Assembly: GCA_050248855.1 (NCBI GenBank) | Contig: JBFWRP010000043.1 | Coordinates: 1-25,741, forward strand | DNA length: 25,741 nt | Direction of reading: 5' to 3' | From: Planctomycetota bacterium | GTDB lineage: Bacteria > Planctomycetota > PLA2 > JAEUHO01 | In this document: positions 7,173 through 14,415 of the stretch, in pieces | Position numbering within the stretch: the first letter of the stretch is position 1 | How the letters are laid out: every line of letters starts with the position of its first letter | Notes under the pieces: generated by a model | What the model was told of the DNA's origin: nothing | Seen by the model: the letters and a program-made list of their open reading frames with translations, nothing else | Databases searched by the model: none | Made by a program: the position numbers and the translations under genes

Positions 7173-8771
7173 ATGCCTCCGACCCCCGCCCGGCCGTCCG
7201 GCCCCGGGCCCCTTCGGGGCGCCCCCTGGATCGCTCTCCCCAGGTGGAGGGCGGCTACCGGCGCCGTGTCGCTGCTCCTCCTGCCGCTCGTGCTCGTCGC
7301 CGTCGCGAGCCGCCCCGCCGCGGCGGCCGACCTCGACGTGCTCACGGCCCGCTACGAAGCGCTCGCCTCGGACAACCGCCCCGATGGCTACACCATGCAG
7401 CGGCGGGCGCTCGAGGCCATCGCCGACCTCCGGACGGACGCTTCGCGCGACCGCCTGCAGGAGCTGCTGGTCCGCCACGGCCCGGGCAGCCCCATGCGCG
7501 CCGTGCAGCTGCTCGGGGCCTTGGTGCGTCGCGGAGATCCCGACGACATCGACCGCGTCATCAAGTGGATCGAGGACCGGCGCGACGAGCTGCTGCTCGC
7601 GATGCTGCCGGTGATCCTCGAGCGTGCGCTCGAGCCGTCGGCGGGTCCCCACCTGCGCGAGAACGTGGTGCGTCGGGTCGTACCGCCGGTTCGCGCCGAG
7701 GTGCTGCGCGCGCTCGGACGTCGCAAGGACGCCGACGCCTGGTCGGTGCTGCTGCGGCATCTGTCCGACCCCATCCTGGACGTGCGTCTCGCCGCGCTGG
7801 AAGGCATCGGGGACCTGGGCGACCTGCGGGCCCGGCTCCCCGTCGAGCTGCTGCTGCGCGACGAGGACCCGCGCATCCGCGATGCGGCCGCACGCGCGCT
7901 CGGCGCGCTCGGCGACAAGACCTGCTTGGCCGCGCTGGCCCGTGCGACCGAGGACGATGATCGGCGTGTCGCCGAGTCCGCTGCCCAGGCACTGGGCCGC
8001 CTGGAGGACCCGCGCGCCATCGAGCCCTTGATCGCCATGCTGCGCAAGCACGAACGCGACGACTTGCGTCTCGCGGACGCGGCCACGGACGCCCTGCGCA
8101 ACCTGTCCGGCAAGTCCATCGCGCCCGACGCCGAGCTCTGGCAGGCGTGGTGGGACACGGTCAAGGACCGTCCGTTCGTACCGGGTGGCGACTCGGGCCC
8201 CGCCGTCACCCTGGAGGGGCCGCGCTACCACGACCAGCCGATCCGCTCGAGCCGGTTGGTGTTCGTGCTGGACGTGAGTCGCTCCATGGGCTGGAACCGG
8301 CGCCTGGAGTCCGCCAAGGACGAGCTCACGCGCACGCTGGAGTCCCTGCCTTCGACCACGCGCTTCAACGTGATCACGTTCGACGACCGCGCGCACATCT
8401 GGCGCTCGGAGATGGTGCGCGCGTCCTCGGGCAACGTGGCGTCGGCCGTGAAGTTCGTGCGCTCGCTACGACCCGGCAACGGCACCAACACGCACGGAGC
8501 CCTCTCCAAGGCCTTCCACGAAGAGGAAGTCGACACGATCTACCTGTTGAGCGATGGCCATCCCAGCGTGGGCCTCGTGACCGACGGCGAGATGATCCGC
8601 CTTGCCGTGGCCGGCTGGAACCGCCACCGCCGCGTACGCATCCACACCATGGCCCTCATGCGCGGCGATCCCCCCCTCGCCTTCGCCGGCCGCGAAGACC
8701 CACCGCGCGCGCTGGCCTTCCTCGAGGACCTCGCCATCGAGAACGGCGGCACCTTCACCAACCTCCCGTAG
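7173..8771 (+). CDS. HEAT-repeat and von Willebrand factor A domain protein, probably exported
   Basis: Hydrophobic VSLLLLPLVLVAVASRPAAA; HEAT repeats (VRLAALEGIG, IRDAAARALG, VAESAAQALG); WQAWW motif; vWA MIDAS FVLDVSRSM, GTNT, IYLLSDGHP. Start uncertain (ATG 7173 or GTG 7266). Confidence 0.85.
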   Translation: MPPTPARPSGPGPLRGAPWIALPRWRAATGAVSLLLLPLVLVAVASRPAAAADLDVLTARYEALASDNRPDGYTMQRRALEAIADLRTDASRDRLQELLVRHGPGSPMRAVQLLGALVRRGDPDDIDRVIKWIEDRRDELLLAMLPVILERALEPSAGPHLRENVVRRVVPPVRAEVLRALGRRKDADAWSVLLRHLSDPILDVRLAALEGIGDLGDLRARLPVELLLRDEDPRIRDAAARALGALGDKTCLAALARATEDDDRRVAESAAQALGRLEDPRAIEPLIAMLRKHERDDLRLADAATDALRNLSGKSIAPDAELWQAWWDTVKDRPFVPGGDSGPAVTLEGPRYHDQPIRSSRLVFVLDVSRSMGWNRRLESAKDELTRTLESLPSTTRFNVITFDDRAHIWRSEMVRASSGNVASAVKFVRSLRPGNGTNTHGALSKAFHEEEVDTIYLLSDGHPSVGLVTDGEMIRLAVAGWNRHRRVRIHTMALMRGDPPLAFAGREDPPRALAFLEDLAIENGGTFTNLP

Positions 8772-8781
8772 CGCAGCGGCT

Positions 8782-8862
8782 GCGACCCCGGATGTGTCAG
8801 GACCCTTGCCGCGGCGCCGCGAAGCGGCAACGTGGGCAAGGTGCCTGACACGCAGGGGTCGC
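8782..8862 (+). repeat. 81-nt family-C imperfect hairpin
   Basis: GCGACCCC/GGGGTCGC, GTGTCAGG/CCTGACAC and CCTTGCC/GGCAAGG stems separated by internal loops. Confidence 0.9.
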
Positions 8863-8980
8863 GATTCGCCGGCCAGAGAACGCCGCAGTTCGGTGTCTGC
8901 GGTGGAAGGTGCCTGAGCTCCGGGCTCGTAGACGACAGCCACGCTTGGATGGCAGGGGGTGCCGCGCGCATCGAGACGCG

Positions 8981-9078
8981 GTACGGAGGCGGGGATTTCT
9001 TCCGCAACTTGCCGCCCTGCGCTTCGGCATGCGGAAGCGCCCCTCGGCAAGTTGCGGAAGAATTCCCCGCCTCCGTAC
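8981..9078. repeat. 98-nt REPIN-like hairpin element, subfamily B
   Basis: Arm GTACGGAGGCGGGGATTTCTTCCGCAACTTGCCG, 30-nt spacer, inverted arm with one mismatch. Confidence 0.95.
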
Positions 9079-9192
9079 GGGCTTTGCCGCCGGCAGGACG
9101 ACCTGACACGCAGGGGGCGCGGTACGACGGCCGGCGCACGCCCCTTCCCACGCACCGTCCAAGAGGGGAGAATGCGACGCGGGGACACAGCC

Positions 9193-10380
9193 ATGCATCC
9201 CATGTCATCGACGTTGCTCGCCCTGCTTGCGGTGACTGCTGCAGCCATGCCCTGGCCGGACAACGCATGCGCCGAAGAACCCTCCGCGGCACCCTCTCTG
9301 GCCGACGTTCGCGCGGCCGTCGAGAACCGCGAGGCGCGCTGCCGGCCGTTGGCCCTCCGCTACTCCGTGCGCTCGTGGACGGACGGACGCCCCACGCCCG
9401 GCCGCGACATCCGTGATGCGACTCTCGTCGCCTCCCTCGACGGAGCGCTGCCGACCGTGCTGCGCTTCACCGGACCCCGTCCGCCCGGCCGACCCGAGGA
9501 GCTCTTCGCTCCCCCTCAAGGTCCGCCCATGGACACGCTGGAAGTGGTCGTCGACCGGACGCTGACGGTTCTCCGGCGGCCTGCGTCGTCCACGGACGTG
9601 CCCTGGAAGGGCGCGCGCTCCCGCGGACGTCAGCTGTTCACGCCCTCGCCGCTGGGGATGGGCCTCTGCGTCCTCGGTGCCGCGGGACAGCCCCTCTCGG
9701 CCTACCTGACCTCGTCGCGCGCGCGCGTGGTCGGCCTCGAGCACATCGAGCCGTTCGGGGCCTGCGTCATCGTCGAAACGGACTGGAGCCAACTTGGAAC
9801 GGAGCCCCTCCCCGCCGTAGGAAGCGAGGAAGCACGACCCGCACGCCTGTGGCTGAGCATGGCTCACGGCGCGTACCCGGTGCGCGGACGCCTCTACGCC
9901 GGGGATGCATCCGACGTCATGGCTCAGGAGCCGACCCTGCGAGTCAAGGAGCGCTCGTATCAGCTCATGCACTCGTGGGAGGTCACGACGCTCTCGTCCG
10001 GCGATGGGCCCGCCGTGCCCCTCGCCGCCCGCTCCGAGGCGAGTTCCAGCTCGGGTGCTTCTGGCTTCCAGCTCACGGTTGAGCCTGGCTCCATCGCAAC
10101 AGGGGAAGCCGCCCTTCGCATCGCGGAAGAGCTCCTGCACGACGCGACGCCGGCCGAGGTACGCGAGGCTCCGACGCAGCGCCGCATCTCTTGGTCGCCC
10201 CCGCCGCTCCCCGCGCCGGGGTCTCTCCCTCCGCCTCCAGGCTCGGGCCCCGCGGCGCCGGGCTCGCCTCTGAAGGTCACACCCCTCCCCACGATCCCCG
10301 TCAGCTTCGTGGCGATCGCGGTCGTACTGGCCGTACTGCTGGTGCTGGGGCTGGCGCTCGCCCGCACGCGTCGAGGCTAG
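9193..10380 (+). CDS. Hypothetical secreted protein with Pro-rich linker and C-terminal membrane anchor (possible LolA/LppX-like fold)
   Basis: Signal-like STLLALLAVTAAA; RVVGLEHIE..GACVIVE...ARLWL...GAYPVR recalls LolA-like beta-strands; C-terminal FVAIAVVLAVLLVLGLALA-RTRR. Start could be 9172, 9193 or 9202. Confidence 0.7.
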   Translation: MHPMSSTLLALLAVTAAAMPWPDNACAEEPSAAPSLADVRAAVENREARCRPLALRYSVRSWTDGRPTPGRDIRDATLVASLDGALPTVLRFTGPRPPGRPEELFAPPQGPPMDTLEVVVDRTLTVLRRPASSTDVPWKGARSRGRQLFTPSPLGMGLCVLGAAGQPLSAYLTSSRARVVGLEHIEPFGACVIVETDWSQLGTEPLPAVGSEEARPARLWLSMAHGAYPVRGRLYAGDASDVMAQEPTLRVKERSYQLMHSWEVTTLSSGDGPAVPLAARSEASSSSGASGFQLTVEPGSIATGEAALRIAEELLHDATPAEVREAPTQRRISWSPPPLPAPGSLPPPPGSGPAAPGSPLKVTPLPTIPVSFVAIAVVLAVLLVLGLALARTRRG

Positions 10381-10419
10381 CCGTTCTCAGCGCCTGCTCG
10401 AACCTGTCTGGACAGCCGC

Positions 10420-10470
10420 CTGGAGCACTTCGCCGTCGATGGCGGCGGCACCTTCACCAACCTCCCGTAG
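10420..10470 (+). pseudogene. Decayed duplicate of the last 17 codons of the HEAT-vWA gene
   Basis: Reads LEHFAVDGGGTFTNLP* versus LEDLAIENGGTFTNLP* at 8721-8771. 10443-10473 is identical to 8744-8774 (31 nt). Confidence 0.85.
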
Positions 10471-10480
10471 CGCGGCGGCT

Positions 10481-10660
10481 GCGAACCCGGATGTGTCTGG
10501 ACCCTTGCCGCGAGGGCGGAGCCTGAGGGCACACTCCGCGCGGGAGCGCGGAACGGAAGCGAGAGCGTCGTCCCTCTACGGGCAACGCAAGGCACATCTG
10601 CGACTCGCCCCGTTGACCGAGGCAGCAACGTGGGCAAGGTGCCTGACACGCAGGGGGCGC
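10481..10660 (+). repeat. Family-C hairpin whose centre is replaced by about 110 nt of unique sequence
   Basis: Left arm at 10481-10512 and right arm at 10622-10660 match the two halves of 8782-8862. Confidence 0.8.
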
Positions 10661-10758
10661 GGTTCGCCGGCCAGCGAACGCCGCACTTCGGTGTCTGACA
10701 CCGCGCCACCGTCGCTTCGCTCCGAGGCGCAGGTTCAGACACCTCCGCGCGCCTCGCG
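10642..10758 (+). repeat. 117-nt direct repeat (family D hairpin with GGTGTCTGACACC palindrome), copy 1
   Basis: Matches 11114-11230 at offset 472; GGTGTCTGA...TCAGACACC stem. Confidence 0.9.
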
Positions 10759-10795
10759 CTCCGTTGGCTAGCGACCTTCGCACTGCGGAGTCGGA

Positions 10796-11152
10796 GCGAA
10801 CCCGGATGTGTCTGGACCCTTGCCGCGGCGCCGCGAAGCGGCAACGTGGGCAAGGTGCCTGACACGTAGGGGTCGCGATTCGCCGGCCAGAGAACGCCGC
10901 AGTTCGGTGTCTGCGGTGGAAGGTGCATGAGCTCCGGGCACGTAGACGACAGCCACTCTTCGATGGCAGGGTGCCGCGCGCATCGAGACGCGGTACGGAG
11001 GCGGGGACTTCTTCCGCAACTTGCCGCCCTGCGCTTCGGCATGCGGAAGCGCCCCTCGGCAAGTTGCGGAAGAATTCCCCGCCTCCGTACGGGCTTTGCC
11101 GCCGGCAGGACGACCTGACTCGCAGGGGGCGCGATTCGACGGCGGGCGAACG
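10796..11152 (+). repeat. ~360-bp mosaic direct repeat, copy 2
   Basis: Aligns to 8782-9140; contains the C hairpin at 10796-10876 and the B element at 10993-11090. Confidence 0.95.
10993..11090. repeat. 98-nt REPIN-like hairpin element, subfamily B
   Basis: Identical to 8981-9078 except at arm position 16. Confidence 0.95.
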
Positions 11153-11230
11153 TCGCACTTCGGTGTCTGACACCGCGCCACCGTCGCTTCGCTCCGAGGC
11201 GCAGGTTCAGACACCTCCGCACGCCTCGCG
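11114..11230 (+). repeat. 117-nt direct repeat (family D), copy 2
   Basis: Matches 10642-10758. Confidence 0.9.
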
Positions 11231-11254
11231 ACTCGACGGCTGGCGGACGCAGCT

Positions 11255-12598
11255 CTACCGACGATCGATCACGGCCAGGTAGCCGCCGTCGGCGTCGGGG
11301 CTGGGGAAGGTGCGGAGCTCGTCGGCGAGGCGGGCGCCAGGGGTGGCCGCGATGAAGGCGGCGGCGATGGCCTCGTTCTCTTCGGGCTCGATCGAACAGG
11401 TGCTGTAGACGAGGCGGCCACCCGGGCGCAGGAGCGGCCACGCGCGCTCGAGGAGGCGGCCCTGGATGCCGGCGAGGGTGGTGATGTCTTCCGGGCGCAG
11501 GCGCCACCTGGCTTCGACGCGGCGGCGAAGAACGCCGGTGTTCGAGCACGGGGCGTCGACCAGGATGCGGTCGAACGAGCGCTCCTCGAACGGCAGCGGA
11601 CCCTCGGGCGGGACGATGGTGGTTACCAGCTCCACGTCCCCCATCGTGCGCGCAAGTGCGGTCACGCGCTCGAGCCGCGCCTCGTCGACGTCGGCCGCCA
11701 CGAGACGTCCGCGGCGCATGAGGTCGGCGAGGTGCAACGCCTTGCCGCCGGGTGCCGCGCAAAGATCCAGCACGCTCTCGCCGGCGAGCGGGGCCACGCG
11801 CGGGGCCACGATCTGGCTGGTCGCGTCTTGGACGGCGGCCAGACCCTCGGCGATGACCGCGCCGAGGTGGCCTTCGCTGCCCTCGACGACCAGCGCGTCG
11901 GGGCCCTCGCCTGCTCGAGCGGCGATGCCCTCTGCGGCCAAGCGCTCCAGCAGCACGGCGCGGTCCACGCGAGCGCGCACGACGACAGGAGGTCGCGAGA
12001 GGCCCGCGGCCAAGACCGCGTCCGTGCGCTCGCGGCCGAGGCTCTTCTCCCAACGCTCGACGAGCCAACGCGGATGCGACCAGCGCTGCGCGCGGTTGAG
12101 CCCCCACTCCTGCTCGGGGTCCGCGAAGATGCGGGAGCGGAAGCGGACGGCGCTGCCGTCGGGGCGCGGCAGGTCCTTGCGCGCGTCACGCACCGCCTCC
12201 ACCCGCGGCTTGTCGATGCGCGACAGCAAGCCACGGAGCGCGCCGTTGACGTAGCCCGCGCGACGCGGGCCCGTGTGGTGCGAAGCCCAGGCCACCGTCG
12301 TGTCGAGTACGGCGTGAGCGGGCACGCGATCCAGGTACAGCAGCTGGTAGGCGCCCAGGCGAAGGCCTGTCAGCACCACGCGGTTCAGGTCCTTGAGCGG
12401 CCGCTTGGAGACGCGCGCGAGGACGGCGTCCAGCGACCCGCGCTGGCGGACGACGCCATGCACGAGCTCGGTGAGCAGGGCGCGGTCGCGCGGGTCGCGC
12501 AGCCGCTTGCGCTCTTCCTCGAGGCGCTCCCCCACCCACTGCCCCGTACGCTCGTGCACGGCGAGGAGGTCACCGGCCAGGTCCCGCGCGGTCCGCAT
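11255..12598 (-). CDS. rsmB: 16S rRNA m5C967 methyltransferase RsmB/Sun (NusB-like plus NOL1/NOP2 domains)
   Basis: DRALLTELVHGVVR, LRLGAYQLLYLDRVP.HA, GYVNGALR, SHPRWLV, VQD, VLDLCAAPGGK, DRILVDAPCS, GGRLVYSTCS..PEENE. Start reassigned to ATG 12598. Confidence 0.93.
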   Translation of the reverse strand: MRTARDLAGDLLAVHERTGQWVGERLEEERKRLRDPRDRALLTELVHGVVRQRGSLDAVLARVSKRPLKDLNRVVLTGLRLGAYQLLYLDRVPAHAVLDTTVAWASHHTGPRRAGYVNGALRGLLSRIDKPRVEAVRDARKDLPRPDGSAVRFRSRIFADPEQEWGLNRAQRWSHPRWLVERWEKSLGRERTDAVLAAGLSRPPVVVRARVDRAVLLERLAAEGIAARAGEGPDALVVEGSEGHLGAVIAEGLAAVQDATSQIVAPRVAPLAGESVLDLCAAPGGKALHLADLMRRGRLVAADVDEARLERVTALARTMGDVELVTTIVPPEGPLPFEERSFDRILVDAPCSNTGVLRRRVEARWRLRPEDITTLAGIQGRLLERAWPLLRPGGRLVYSTCSIEPEENEAIAAAFIAATPGARLADELRTFPSPDADGGYLAVIDRR

Positions 12599-12715
12599 GC
12601 GGGTCGCATGGTGCCCGGAGCGCGGGTCGTCCCCCCTGTACGGCCCCACCGGGGCGGGCCGCATCGCGTGGTACAAACCGCCGCTCGGGCCGCCAATCGG
12701 CCCCAGGGAGGCCCC

Positions 12716-13387
12716 ATGGCCCAGAGTCGTCGTCCGTCCTCGTCGCGCTCCCGCCCGGGCTCGAGCTCCCGCTCCGGCTCGCGGGGCGGTCCGCCGCCGC
12801 GCGGCAATGGCGGCGGTCGGCGCCCGCCGCCGCGAGGCGGGGGTGGCGGCAGCGGCGGCTTGGTGGCCGGCCTCCTCGCCATCGTGCTGATCGGCGGCGC
12901 CGCGGCCTTCTTCATCCTGGGTGGCAAGAAGAAGGACGAGACGCCCAAGACCACGCCGCAGGCCCCCCCCTCGTCGCAGGGACCGCCGATCAGCTCGCAG
13001 CCCAAGGGACCCACCGAGCGCCCCAAGACGCCGCCGCCCATGCCCAGTGTCGCGATCCAAGAGCAGATCAAGGCCACCGGTCCGCAGCTGCAGGACCTCG
13101 TAGTCCGCGCGCAAGCCCTCTACGACGAGGCCATGGCGGCTCGCGAGAGCGGCAACGACAAGCTGTGGCAAGACAAGCTCTCAGAGGCGCGCGCCGCGGC
13201 GAGCGAGGGCAACGAGATCTACAACAACGTCATCATCGCGAACATGACGAGCAACGACGACTACAACGAGGAAGAGGCGGCGCAGTACTTCATCAACAAG
13301 GGAGAACGCTGGATCGACGGCCCGGCCAAGGCTATCGCCAAGATCCAAGATGTCATGTCCAAGATGAAGGCCTCGCAGCGCAGGTAG
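12716..13387 (+). CDS. Hypothetical single-pass membrane protein
   Basis: GGAGG Shine-Dalgarno before ATG 12716; Arg/Ser/Gly-rich N-terminus, TM segment LVAGLLAIVLIGGAAAFFIL, Pro-rich linker, helical C-terminal domain; strong G/C third-position usage. Confidence 0.8.
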   Translation: MAQSRRPSSSRSRPGSSSRSGSRGGPPPRGNGGGRRPPPRGGGGGSGGLVAGLLAIVLIGGAAAFFILGGKKKDETPKTTPQAPPSSQGPPISSQPKGPTERPKTPPPMPSVAIQEQIKATGPQLQDLVVRAQALYDEAMAARESGNDKLWQDKLSEARAAASEGNEIYNNVIIANMTSNDDYNEEEAAQYFINKGERWIDGPAKAIAKIQDVMSKMKASQRR

Positions 13388-13418
13388 TCGCTCGTCGGCT
13401 CACCGGAGGCGCCCGTCC

Positions 13419-14252
13419 ATGGCGGCGCTCTTCTACAACACCAACGGCTTCCCCTTCCACCGGCTGGAGGACGTCGTCGCCATCCTCGCCGAGCTCGGCT
13501 ACGACGGCATCGCGCTGACGCCCGACGTGCACCATCTCGACCCGCTGCGCACGGGCCCCGACGCCTGGCGCCGCGAGCGGGAGCGCATCGAAGCCGCGGG
13601 CCTCGACGTGATCGTCGAGACGGGCGCGCGCTTCGTGCTGGATGCGCGCACCAAACACCGTCCGTCCTTGCTCGACGATCCACCGGGCGACGCGCGCAGG
13701 CTCGATTTCCTCTTCCGCGTCATCGACCAGGCCGCGGTGCTGGGCGCCCCCGTCATCAGCACGTGGTCGGGCAACGGCCCCGAGGGGCTCGACCCCGGGC
13801 AGGCGTTCGACCGGCTCGTCGCGGGCCTGCGCCGTCTCTGCGCCTACGCGGCCGACCATGGCGTCCGGGTCGGGTTCGAACCCGAGCCAGGAATGCTCGT
13901 GGAGGCGGCCCGGGACTGGCCGCGCGTGCGCGAGGCGGTGGACCATGCGGGGCTCGGCCTCACGCTCGACGTCGGCCACTGCCTGGCCGTCGAGGACCTG
14001 TCGCCCGAACAGGCGATCCGGGCGTTCGCCGACGACCTGCTGGTGCTGCAGCTCGACGACCACCGGCGCGGGCGCCACGACCACCTGGCCTTCGGCGAGG
14101 GCGAGGTCGATTTCGAGGCCGTCGCCCGGGCCGTCCGGGACGTGGGGTTCCAGGGGCCGCTGGAGGTCGAGCTGAGCCGGCACGGCAGCGAGGCGCCACG
14201 CGTGGCGGCCGCGTCCCTGGCCTTCCTCCGGGCGCACTTCGACAACCCGTGA
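13419..14252 (+). CDS. Sugar phosphate isomerase/epimerase (xylose isomerase-like/AP endonuclease 2 TIM barrel)
   Basis: LAELGYDGI, GFEPEPG, LTLDVGH, QLDD, HDHLAFGEGEVDF, GFQGPLEVEL metal-binding pattern; GGAGG Shine-Dalgarno. Confidence 0.88.
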   Translation: MAALFYNTNGFPFHRLEDVVAILAELGYDGIALTPDVHHLDPLRTGPDAWRRERERIEAAGLDVIVETGARFVLDARTKHRPSLLDDPPGDARRLDFLFRVIDQAAVLGAPVISTWSGNGPEGLDPGQAFDRLVAGLRRLCAYAADHGVRVGFEPEPGMLVEAARDWPRVREAVDHAGLGLTLDVGHCLAVEDLSPEQAIRAFADDLLVLQLDDHRRGRHDHLAFGEGEVDFEAVARAVRDVGFQGPLEVELSRHGSEAPRVAAASLAFLRAHFDNP

Positions 14253-14415
14253 GGGGTCGCGCGCGGGTCCACGCCGCCGGCCGCGGTTGTCGCCCGCGGG
14301 CCCCTGTGGTGCAATCGACGCCCCCCTGGCCCCCTACCGCCGGCAGGCCGGTCCCCTCGAGGGACCTTGCCTCGACCGGTTCACCTCGGCGCGCTCGCGC
14401 GAGAGACCCCCGACG

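Larger units (their letters stand above)
8782..9140 (+). repeat. ~360-bp mosaic direct repeat, copy 1 (C hairpin, linker, 98-nt B element, C right arm)
   Basis: Aligns to 10796-11152 with about 13 substitutions and one 2-nt indel by manual count. Confidence 0.95.

Noticed and set aside
10420..10470. Duplicated vWA 3' end as a diversity-generating retroelement TR/VR pair
   Set aside because: Four of the seven mismatches involve no adenine in either copy, the repeat is short, and no reverse transcriptase is present.
8782..10876. Family-C hairpins as integron attC sites flanking a cassette
   Set aside because: No RYYYAAC...GTTRRRY core sites, no integrase in the window, and C also follows an ordinary gene at 283.
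8466..11282. ORFs crossing the repeat mosaics (e.g. 8832-9416, 10454-11173, 10768-11214) as transposase or real proteins
   Set aside because: They are translations of repeated palindromic DNA with no HUH/Y1 or DDE motifs and no Shine-Dalgarno.
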